A stretch of DNA of 64,000 bases from an uncultured Pseudomonadota bacterium (GTDB lineage: Bacteria > SAR324 > JACQKK01), in the NCBI GenBank assembly GCA_964583525.1, contig CAZOXD010000004.1:1909-65908 (forward strand), read 5' to 3'. The translations under genes and the position numbers were made by a program. How positions within the stretch are numbered: position 1 is the first letter of the stretch; each line of letters opens with the position of its first letter. A model generated the notes under the pieces. The model saw only the letters and a list, made by a program, of their open reading frames with translations. It had not been told where the DNA came from and searched no databases. This document shows positions 56,547 to 64,000 of the stretch, one piece after another.

Positions 56547-59500
56547 ATGACCCTACCAAACTTCGACTGGAAACTGATTCGTTCGATTGACGGATCGCAG
56601 AACGCTGCATTTGAGGCGCTCATCTGCCAACTCGCATACTCAGAAGTACCTGAAGGCTCATCCCGTGTTCGCAAAGGTACCCCAGACGCCGGTGTGGAGT
56701 TCTTTTGCACCCTCAAAAACGGAGAGGAATGGGCATGGCAGGCTAAGTTCTTCGACGCACTTGGGGATTCGCAGTGGGCCCAGATCAACGATTCTGTAAA
56801 GACCGCCATCGAGAAACACCCAAAGCTAGCTCGATACTACGTGTGCGTTCCTGTTGATCGTGCCGATCCTAGAATCCCGGACCGGACATACAATCTTGAT
56901 AGGTGGACCAGGTATGAAAAGCGCTGGCTCAAACACGCAGAAGAACGCGACATGTCGGTTGAATTTGTCTACTGGGGAAATCAGGAACTAATTGATCGAA
57001 TCAGCCTGCCAGAGAATCGAGGTCGGTTATTGTTTTGGTTTGATGCTCGGTATTTCGACCAGAATTGGTTCCAGGAGCGATTGGATGACGCGGTCAAGGC
57101 TGCTGGACCTCGCTACACGCCAGAATTGAATGTTGAGCTTCCGATTGCATCTACTTTCGATTCGTTTGGTCGGACCCAGAAGTTCTTCGATTCACTGAAG
57201 GCGCATGCCCCGAAAATCCATCGATGGTCGCGCTATTTCTTGCGTGAGAAGAAACCTGACGAAAAACAGATTGATGCGAATGTCGATGATCGACTGATGG
57301 CAGAACTTGTGAAGGTCGATGAATGCGCAATTTCTGCCCACGGGTTAGCAGAATCCGTCGTCATTGCCTTGGTTAAGCTTGAAACTAACCGTTCGGGCCC
57401 GATCGAAAAACTGGTGAGTCTCTCACAGATCGCTTCCGAAGCGGTCCGGGCCTGTCGGGCTATGCACGAGGCAATCTGGGAAGCACGTAGTACAAAAGCC
57501 GAACTGGAAAAGGAGCAAGCCCCGAAGGAGACTCTCGCGGGATATCACCCCGAACCGTTGCGAGAACGCGAGGGCAAAGTAGATCGCCTTTGGCGCTCGC
57601 TCCACCATCTTGAATCCTTTCTAGACAGCACGCTGAAATATGCCAAATCACCGGTGATGGTTCTCACTGGACGCGCCGGGACGGGCAAGTCTCATCTCCT
57701 GTGTGATGTAGCAAGTCAGCGAGTTTCCGCCGGACTGCCAACGATCCTATTAATGGGCCATCAATTCCTCAGTAAAGACCCACCTTGGTCGCAAGCACTA
57801 AAGCTACTCGATTTCGAGGGGTACTCAGCCGATCAATTTCTCGGTGCGTTGGAGTCAGCAGCCCAAACGGTAGGCGAGCGTGCATTGATTATGGTCGATG
57901 CAATAAACGAAGGCGCTGGCAGGACAATCTGGCCAGCGCATTTGGCATCGTTCCTTGCCCAATGCGAGCGATCTGATTGGATTTCAGTGGTGCTGTCAAT
58001 TCGGACCTCGTACGAGGAAGCAATGATACCCAAGGAAACCCGGAATCAAGCCGCGACTGTCGCACATTACGGCTTTGCCGAGCATGAATACGAAGCTTCA
58101 AAAACGTTCTTCGATTACTACGGTATTGAGCGACCCAGCGCGCCAATACTGATTCCTGAGTTCGATAATCCGCTGTTTCTGAAGACGCTGTGCTTGGGTT
58201 TGCAGAACAAGAAACCGCCACGACTTCCAAGAGGCTTGCAGGGAATCAGCGAGACGTTTCGAGGGTATCTGTCAGCGGTAAACGCCAGTCTGGCGGAACG
58301 TTTGGATTATGACCCGGCTGAGAATTTGGTGGAACGTTCGGTCGAGCGATTTGCTGAACGCCTTGCTGGTTTGGACAGTCGTTGGCTAGTGCTAGCCGAC
58401 GCGAAGGAATTGGTCGATATCTCTCTGCCGGGTCGTGGATTCGAAGACTCCCTGTTTCAGGCGTTGGTCTCCGAAGGTGTGCTCGTACGAGAAATGGCGG
58501 CGACCGACAAAGACGAACTCGAAGAGGTCGTGCTCCTTGGATATGAACGGTTGTCAGACCATCTCATTGTTCACAGGCTCCTCGACCTGCACTTCCGCCA
58601 AGACCGCCCAAAGTCGGCATTCAGCAAGAAGGGGCCGCTCGCACGCTATGTCGATGACAAGAACTATGTCCCGCATGGAGTTTTGGAAGCGTTTTGCATT
58701 CAGATTCCAGAGCGGATTGGGAAGGAGCTATTTGACCTTGTCCCGCAAGTGTTGGAGGCATACGAATTTTCAGATGCCTTCTGCCAAAGTCTGATCTGGC
58801 GTCGGCCTGATGCATTCTATGAATCCACATTCCGAATGATTGGCAACCTAATTGCTTCCAGCTACCACCGCGATCAGATACTAGACAGTATTCTGACGCT
58901 CGCGATCATTCCGGAACACCCCCTCAACGCGATCCGATTGAACAAGAACTTGTTGCGCTATTCAATGGCCGACAGGGATGCTTGGTGGAGTACATTCTTG
59001 CACAGCACATGGGGGGGGCATGGCGCTGTTGATCGAATTGTTGACTGGGCCTGGTCCGTCGAGGTTGACCAAGAGATCGAAGACGAATCTGTGGACCTCT
59101 GTTCAACTGTGCTTGCCTGGTTTTTCACCACCTCAAATCGATTCCTGCGCGATCGCGCGACAAAGGCACTGGCAAACCTACTAACTAACCGCTTGAAAGT
59201 CGCTAGTCGCATCGTTGAACGATTCCACGAAGTGGACGACCCATATGTTACTGATCGGGTCTTCGGTTCGGTGTATGGGGCCGTGCTTCGGTCAAGCGAA
59301 TCTTCAGACCTCGGAAGTGTCGCACAACTCGTTTTCGACATTGTCTTCAAGGAAGGGCGTCCTCCTCCGAATATCCTGCTACGCGACTACGCGAGGGGAA
59401 TCGTCGAACAGGCGTTGCTGCGCGGTCTCCAGGTGGAAGGGGACATGAACCGAATTCTCCCCCCTTACAAGAGCGATTGGCCGCACATACCGACAAAGAA

Positions 59501-61241
59501 GGAAATCTCACCTTATACAGCGGACTGGTCCAAGGGTTCATACGATAGTGGAAGTCTTGATTGGTCTCGAAACATGATTGCGACATCGGTGTTCCATGAC
59601 GATTTCTCCCATTATGTCATCGGTGAACACAGCCTGAGGGGAAACTGGATTTCAACCAGACTTGGAAAACCAAGGTGGAAATCCACGAAGATCAAATTAT
59701 CTGAACTTGTGAAACGGTTTACGCCGGATCAAAGGAAAGCATGGGATCGATTCGAGCAAGTCGACGAGAAATTTAGAACTGAAACTCCTATTCGGATTCT
59801 ATTCCGATTTGATTCAGCCAGCGATGAACCCTCCCAGAAGTCAGAAGAATCGGTGGCTGCTAAGAGGCGATATGCAGGCTTGAAGGGAGCTAGAACACGC
59901 GCGCTGAAGGCGCTGATAAATGAATTGGATGAACGCAAGCGAAACCGGTTCGTCAAGCTTTTCATAAAGGAAATGGAAGGGACTGAGTACCGTCCGAAAG
60001 GCATTCTCTCAGAACCAATCAAGCGTTTTATTCTTTGGCGAGCTTTCGACCTTGGATGGACGGTCGAAAGGTTCGGAAATTTTGATCGAAACCAAGTGGA
60101 TCGGGTTGGCAGGGAATCGAAAAAAGCGGAGCGAATTGGGAAGAAGTATCAGTGGATCGCCTACCATGAAATTTTTGCTCGGATTTCGGACCGATTCCAG
60201 TTTTGGGATGGTGAATCTAATTTTGAGGAGGCTCAAGGATACAAAGGACCCTGGCAATCGGACAACCGGGACATCGACCCTTCATGCATATTGCCAAGCA
60301 CCAGTGGTGGAACAACCTGGAGTGAGCACAAGCTCTGCTGGTGGGCTCCAGTTTCACACCTTGACTGGCGAGCCAATCTCGATCACATCGCGTGGATTCG
60401 AAGCATCGAAGACGTACCAGAGGTTGATCCTTCGATTCTTGTCACCAACCCTCAGGATGACTCTAATTGGGTTAATCTTCATTGTTCACTCACTTGGCAT
60501 CAGCCCGTGCCAGCCGAGGTCGATCGTTTAGAATCCGTACGGAGGCAAATCTGGATGCATCTCACAGGCTACTTGGTTCGTGCGGAGGATCAGGTGAAAT
60601 TTATGCAGTGGGCCGAAGGCGTGGACTTCTTAGGCGGTTGGATGCCCGACATTGGATCAACTAGAGGCATGTTCCTCGGTGAACACCCCGCGTCGTCCGC
60701 CGCTGTCTATTTTCAAAATCCGTACTACAGCAACGATGGATGGATACGACCGCGAAAAGATTGTCCAGTTTCCGTGCTTTCACCCGCTGCCTGGTATGCG
60801 AGCGAGATCAGTAGCTTCGATTGCTCGGTGAAAGACAACTTCTCACTCCACATTCCCTCCAAGCAAGTCATGGAGGCAATGAAGCTGAAATGGAGTGGAC
60901 GAAACGCAGAGTTTTTGAACGACGTTGGACATCTTTCGGCATTCGATCCGGCTGCTCAGTCTAACGGTCCCAACGCATTCCTGATGAATCGGCGCGAACT
61001 CACTGATCATCTTGCTGAACGTCAACTTGGCATTTGCTGGGTCATTATAGGAGAGAAGCAGGTCTTGCAGAGTGACTGGGGTCAGACCCCCTCTCCGGGT
61101 CGCCTTCGAATTTCCGGCGCTAGCGCGTTGAGCACTACGAAGGAGGGGCTTAAGGGCTTTCTACAATGCAAGCTCGAACAGTGGGATGAGACGACACACC
61201 AGCAATCCGAAACGTCGGTGGGAACGATCCCCATACACTGA
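56547..61241 (+). CDS. 1564-aa protein: N-terminal Mrr/PD-(D/E)xK-like nuclease + P-loop (STAND-like) NTPase + very large C-terminal region (Avs-like architecture)
   Basis: N-terminus '[10 protein letters not shown]...[11 protein letters not shown]....WAWQAKFF' (D, E, Q-x-K). Walker A '[16 protein letters not shown]'. Walker B '[11 protein letters not shown]'. About 1000 aa follow without a recognisable motif. Confidence 0.75.
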   Translation: MTLPNFDWKLIRSIDGSQNAAFEALICQLAYSEVPEGSSRVRKGTPDAGVEFFCTLKNGEEWAWQAKFFDALGDSQWAQINDSVKTAIEKHPKLARYYVCVPVDRADPRIPDRTYNLDRWTRYEKRWLKHAEERDMSVEFVYWGNQELIDRISLPENRGRLLFWFDARYFDQNWFQERLDDAVKAAGPRYTPELNVELPIASTFDSFGRTQKFFDSLKAHAPKIHRWSRYFLREKKPDEKQIDANVDDRLMAELVKVDECAISAHGLAESVVIALVKLETNRSGPIEKLVSLSQIASEAVRACRAMHEAIWEARSTKAELEKEQAPKETLAGYHPEPLREREGKVDRLWRSLHHLESFLDSTLKYAKSPVMVLTGRAGTGKSHLLCDVASQRVSAGLPTILLMGHQFLSKDPPWSQALKLLDFEGYSADQFLGALESAAQTVGERALIMVDAINEGAGRTIWPAHLASFLAQCERSDWISVVLSIRTSYEEAMIPKETRNQAATVAHYGFAEHEYEASKTFFDYYGIERPSAPILIPEFDNPLFLKTLCLGLQNKKPPRLPRGLQGISETFRGYLSAVNASLAERLDYDPAENLVERSVERFAERLAGLDSRWLVLADAKELVDISLPGRGFEDSLFQALVSEGVLVREMAATDKDELEEVVLLGYERLSDHLIVHRLLDLHFRQDRPKSAFSKKGPLARYVDDKNYVPHGVLEAFCIQIPERIGKELFDLVPQVLEAYEFSDAFCQSLIWRRPDAFYESTFRMIGNLIASSYHRDQILDSILTLAIIPEHPLNAIRLNKNLLRYSMADRDAWWSTFLHSTWGGHGAVDRIVDWAWSVEVDQEIEDESVDLCSTVLAWFFTTSNRFLRDRATKALANLLTNRLKVASRIVERFHEVDDPYVTDRVFGSVYGAVLRSSESSDLGSVAQLVFDIVFKEGRPPPNILLRDYARGIVEQALLRGLQVEGDMNRILPPYKSDWPHIPTKKEISPYTADWSKGSYDSGSLDWSRNMIATSVFHDDFSHYVIGEHSLRGNWISTRLGKPRWKSTKIKLSELVKRFTPDQRKAWDRFEQVDEKFRTETPIRILFRFDSASDEPSQKSEESVAAKRRYAGLKGARTRALKALINELDERKRNRFVKLFIKEMEGTEYRPKGILSEPIKRFILWRAFDLGWTVERFGNFDRNQVDRVGRESKKAERIGKKYQWIAYHEIFARISDRFQFWDGESNFEEAQGYKGPWQSDNRDIDPSCILPSTSGGTTWSEHKLCWWAPVSHLDWRANLDHIAWIRSIEDVPEVDPSILVTNPQDDSNWVNLHCSLTWHQPVPAEVDRLESVRRQIWMHLTGYLVRAEDQVKFMQWAEGVDFLGGWMPDIGSTRGMFLGEHPASSAAVYFQNPYYSNDGWIRPRKDCPVSVLSPAAWYASEISSFDCSVKDNFSLHIPSKQVMEAMKLKWSGRNAEFLNDVGHLSAFDPAAQSNGPNAFLMNRRELTDHLAERQLGICWVIIGEKQVLQSDWGQTPSPGRLRISGASALSTTKEGLKGFLQCKLEQWDETTHQQSETSVGTIPIH

Positions 61242-61579
61242 TCGCCCTGGCCAAGGAAATGCGGGATGCCGAGCGCCGGGGTGACGGCCTGGGCCTGACG
61301 GACGATGAGGTGGCCTTCTACGAAGCCCTGGAGGTAAACGACAGCGAGGTGCAGGTGCTGGGGGACGACACCTTGCGTACCATCGCCCAGGAACTGCTGG
61401 AAACGGGGCGGAAGAACGCCACCATCGACTGGTCGGTCAAAGAGAACGTCCGCGCCAGGATGCGGGTCATGGTGAAGCGCATCTTACGGAAGCACGGGTA
61501 TCCACCGGACATGCAGGATAAAGCCACACAGACTGTCCTGGCACAGGCCGAACTGATGGCCGAAGGGCTGGCGGCGTGA
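61241..61579 (+). pseudogene. hsdR: Orphan 3' tail of a type I restriction hsdR gene (copy 2, longer and intact in frame)
   Basis: '[112 protein letters not shown]' is the HsdR C-terminal region. It begins exactly at the stop of the 1564-aa gene, and no helicase part is present. Confidence 0.75.
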
Positions 61580-61597
61580 TCTGATTACAGAAAGCCA

Positions 61598-61745
61598 TCA
61601 TAGGCAAACACTGTTCCAACACCCGAACGATGAACCGGCCAGCGTGCTACTGGAACGGATCAAGGCCGAACGGGCGACAGGAGGGAGCGGGAAGGGGAAG
61701 CGGGGGCGTATAGTCAACAAATCTGAATCCGTAACGGGTACATAG
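61598..61745 (+). pseudogene. Orphan C-terminal tail resembling R-M specificity/MTase subunit ends (copy 1)
   Basis: 'LFQHPNDEPASVLLERIKAERATGGSGKGKRGRIVNKSESVTGT*'. From memory, the 'PNDEPAS.LLERI+AER' tail ends HsdS or type IIG proteins. Its stop lies 2 nt before the next ATG (61748). Confidence 0.4.
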
Positions 61746-61747
61746 CC

Positions 61748-62380
61748 ATGGGCACTATCAAGGCGGTGGGCTTCTGCCCTCATTGTGGCAATAAAGCCCC
61801 CCAGGAATTGCGGTTTTCACATGAATTCCTTACATACGCTTTTAAATCAGATGGCACCAAGATTGAAAATGAGGTTCCGGCCAAATACTTCGTTTCCACA
61901 TGCGGAACTTGTCAGGAGGTTCTTTTATACTTACATGAAGTCGAACACATCAACGATGACGATTTCATCAAAGCCGATCTTGTCTGGCCAGACGAAGGGA
62001 ACCTTCCATCTACGGTTCCTGAATCTGTCAAACGGTGCTATGAGGAAGCCGCCAGCATCAAGAGAATTGCTCCTAATGCATTCGCTGTACAAATTCGCCG
62101 TGCAATTGAGGCCATATGTGATGATCGGGGAATTAAACAAGGAACGTTGGTAAAACGTCTTGTTGAATTGTCGTCAAAAGGTGAACTTCCTGCGTTGTTA
62201 TCAGAAATGAGTGATGCACTCCGAATTGTAGGAAATATCGGTGCCCATAGTGCAGAGCAAGACGTAAAGCCAATATATGTAGATGCTATCGATGGATTCT
62301 TTCGCGCAATCATTGAGTACGTATACATTGCGCCTGGAAAACTTGCTGAATTTAGAACACGGTTGGGCGATTTAAAGTAG
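61748..62380 (+). CDS. DUF4145-like protein with an N-terminal Zn-ribbon
   Basis: 'CPHCGNK...CGTCQ' (four Cys). 'CYEEAASIKRIAPNAFAVQIRRAIEAICDDRGI' and 'LRIVGNIGAHSAEQD' are the DUF4145 pattern as I recall it. Confidence 0.65.
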   Translation: MGTIKAVGFCPHCGNKAPQELRFSHEFLTYAFKSDGTKIENEVPAKYFVSTCGTCQEVLLYLHEVEHINDDDFIKADLVWPDEGNLPSTVPESVKRCYEEAASIKRIAPNAFAVQIRRAIEAICDDRGIKQGTLVKRLVELSSKGELPALLSEMSDALRIVGNIGAHSAEQDVKPIYVDAIDGFFRAIIEYVYIAPGKLAEFRTRLGDLK

Positions 62381-62391
62381 GTGAAACGCTT

Positions 62392-62649
62392 GTGGACAAC
62401 CTGAAGCAGTTCCGCATCGATTCCGACCATGTCAGCGAAACGGATCAACAGTCCGTGGGCCAAGTTGTCCCCCAAGACACAAACGACAAACCGGTAAGTG
62501 TCCTGCTGGAACGGATCAGGGCTGAAAGGACGGCCCAGGGGAACGGGAAGGCGAAGCGGGGGCGGGGTAGGGGGAGGCCAAGGCGCAGGTCAAAGATCAC
62601 CATTCGAAACGAAGAAATGCAGCACAAAATGTGTAAGAGGAGAGAATGA
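62392..62649 (+). pseudogene. Orphan C-terminal tail resembling R-M specificity/MTase subunit ends (copy 2)
   Basis: 'VVPQDTNDKPVSVLLERIRAERTAQGNGKAKRGRGRGRPRR...*' is homologous to 61616-61709. Its stop lies 1 nt before the next ATG (62651). Confidence 0.4.
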
Positions 62650-62650
62650 T

Positions 62651-63133
62651 ATGGCACGTTGCACACGAATAAGGGCGCTCAATTGGACGATTGCCGCAAA
62701 GGTTTCTGGCCGCCTACTTGAATTCGGATTGATCGCCGCAGGGATTTGGATTGCATATGGGCAACTATCTGCAATCAATGATCAAATGGACAAGGCGGCG
62801 GCTACATCTCATGCTAGCTTTGAATTGTCCCTTCAAAAGATTGGATGGGAACTACAGGACGAACGTAATCGCATTATGAAGACAGATGTTGCCGCAATAA
62901 ATCTGCATCTAAATAAGGTAATTAGCTATTATTCTATGATGTACGATTTCCGGAAGCTGCATCAAATCAGAAAGGATGTATGGAAAACTATGCTCATTGA
63001 CATGAGGGAATTCTTTTCCCAAAAGTTGGTACAAGCGATATGGAAAAGGAAAAGTAAATACTACGGTGATGAGTTTCCAGTCTTTGTTACCATGTGTTTG
63101 ATGAAATCAGATAAAACAAAATGCAAATTGTAA
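62651..63133 (+). CDS. Hypothetical 160-aa single-TM protein
   Basis: ATG 62651 ('MARCTRIRALNW'). Hydrophobic helix 'LLEFGLIAAGIWIAYGQL'. Strongly AT-richer than its flanks. The track ORF from 62498 is an upstream read-through of the tail region. Confidence 0.45.
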   Translation: MARCTRIRALNWTIAAKVSGRLLEFGLIAAGIWIAYGQLSAINDQMDKAAATSHASFELSLQKIGWELQDERNRIMKTDVAAINLHLNKVISYYSMMYDFRKLHQIRKDVWKTMLIDMREFFSQKLVQAIWKRKSKYYGDEFPVFVTMCLMKSDKTKCKL

Positions 63134-63145
63134 TGAGGAATAAAA

Positions 63146-63769
63146 ATGAAAACGGCATCTATTATAAAAAATGTATGCATCTATCTATTCCCATTATTAT
63201 GCTTCTTTCTATTATCCGACCCGGCCGAAGCCAAATGGTACTGTCAGCCAGACGATACTACCGCTGGCTCTCAGTTGGAGAGGCTTAAAGAATACACCGG
63301 CCCTGGAAGCAAGGATTTCTTCGCTGCGCTTGAACTAATAGCCCGGTTGATTTTAGCATTGGAAGACGGGAAAATTGAAGAAGCAAAAAGATCCCAGAAA
63401 AGTGCTATTGAATATTTATCAAGAGCGTTGAATGGATATCTAAAAGCAAGTGACATCACATCGAGTCCTACGCTTGCGAGCCGGCTTGCGGCAGTTAACA
63501 TAAGGGAAATATCACGATTTTCGAGCGTTCCTGTGGGAGATCAGACCTTTAAACCACTTGAAAGATTAAATGCTGCGTTTATAACTCCGACTGTTATCAA
63601 GCGGACATTTATTGAAATCTGCGTGCGGCCTATCAGCGAATTGCATGATGCATTGAGACAGCTTATACCAGGCGTAGAGGATGGAACAACCAATCTACTA
63701 CGGCTGTGGAGCAATTCCATCACCTCGGGGCTGATAGGCTCCGGTTGGCTTCGTTTGAGTTTCCGCTAG
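63146..63769 (+). CDS. Hypothetical secreted protein (signal peptide)
   Basis: 'MKTASIIKNVCIYLFPLLCFFLLSDPAEA' is a signal-peptide-like leader. It lies 12 nt after the previous gene and is AT-rich. Confidence 0.5.
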   Translation: MKTASIIKNVCIYLFPLLCFFLLSDPAEAKWYCQPDDTTAGSQLERLKEYTGPGSKDFFAALELIARLILALEDGKIEEAKRSQKSAIEYLSRALNGYLKASDITSSPTLASRLAAVNIREISRFSSVPVGDQTFKPLERLNAAFITPTVIKRTFIEICVRPISELHDALRQLIPGVEDGTTNLLRLWSNSITSGLIGSGWLRLSFR

Positions 63770-63792
63770 ATTGTCTAGCGAAGGAAGATTCA

Positions 63793-64000
63793 ATGCCAAA
63801 CCACAGCGCCACCATCGTCAACAAGGTCTGGAACTACGCCCACGTCCTACGGGACATCGGCCTTTCCTACCTGGACTACGTCGAACAGATCACCTTCCTG
63901 CTGTTCCTGAAGATGGCCCAGGAACGTGTGGAAATCGGTTAAGGGAACGGCATCCCGGTGGATTACGCTTGGCCCACCCTGGTCGGAAAAAGTGGGGACG
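63793..64000 (+). pseudogene. hsdM: Type I R-M methyltransferase subunit HsdM, N-terminal part, interrupted by an in-frame TAA; runs off the window
   Basis: 'MPNHSATIVNKVWNYAHVLRDIGLSYLDYVEQITFLLFLKMAQER' is the HsdM_N signature. An 'aaggaag' RBS is present. The TAA at 63940-63942 is followed in the same frame by 'GNGIPVDYAWPTLVGKSGD', open to the window end. Confidence 0.7.

Noticed and set aside
54867-63942. Stop-codon reassignment or programmed readthrough as the explanation for the two in-frame TAA codons
   Set aside because: Several well-supported genes in the window end at TAA at the expected position (for example the STAND, dCMP deaminase and PTP-ARH genes). Both affected genes are parts of an obviously dismantled R-M system. 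Ordinary nonsense pseudogenisation is far more likely.
1-64000. CRISPR arrays, rRNA genes, IS elements or transposases, integrases, reverse transcriptases/retrons
   Set aside because: I saw no regularly spaced short repeats, no rRNA-like sequence, no DDE or tyrosine/serine recombinase motifs, and no YxDD reverse-transcriptase motif in any long ORF.

Overview
This 64-kb window reads as a dense, mosaic anti-phage defence island from a GC-rich bacterium. The taxon cannot be determined from the sequence. I found no rRNA, no intact tRNA, no CRISPR array and no integrase or transposase.

Left to right:
- A partial HTH gene.
- A class-2 DISARM-like locus: dcm and vsr, divergent from drmE-like/drmA/drmB, with no PLD gene.
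- An AT-richer pair of a PNP-fold nucleosidase and a STAND-HEAT NTPase, followed by a small dCMP deaminase.
- A GNAT cassette bracketed by a duplicated gene 3' end, next to a 3' fragment of a tRNA-Leu(CAA).
- A translationally coupled 13.4-kb operon: a signal-less S8 subtilase plus three giant proteins (2122, 1470 and 463 aa) in which I find no catalytic or NTPase motif. This is my top candidate for an undescribed system.
- A low-GC block of small membrane proteins.
- XRE and DnaB-C-only remnants, plus small secreted proteins and lipoproteins.
- A class-1 DISARM-like locus: SNF2 drmD, N6-MTase drmMI, three embedded unknown genes, and a 1745-aa helicase-DUF1998-nuclease fusion.
- A PTP-ADP-ribosylglycohydrolase fusion.
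- A decayed type I R-M locus in which accessory genes are each preceded by orphan 3' tails of other genes. The accessory genes are a DUF4268-like protein, a 1564-aa nuclease-STAND protein, a DUF4145-like protein and a membrane/secreted pair.

Recurrent themes are duplicated gene 3' ends, compositional seams inside genes, poly-G tracts and nonsense or frameshift lesions.

All functional calls rest on motifs read from the supplied translations and on my memory of the families. No database search was run.
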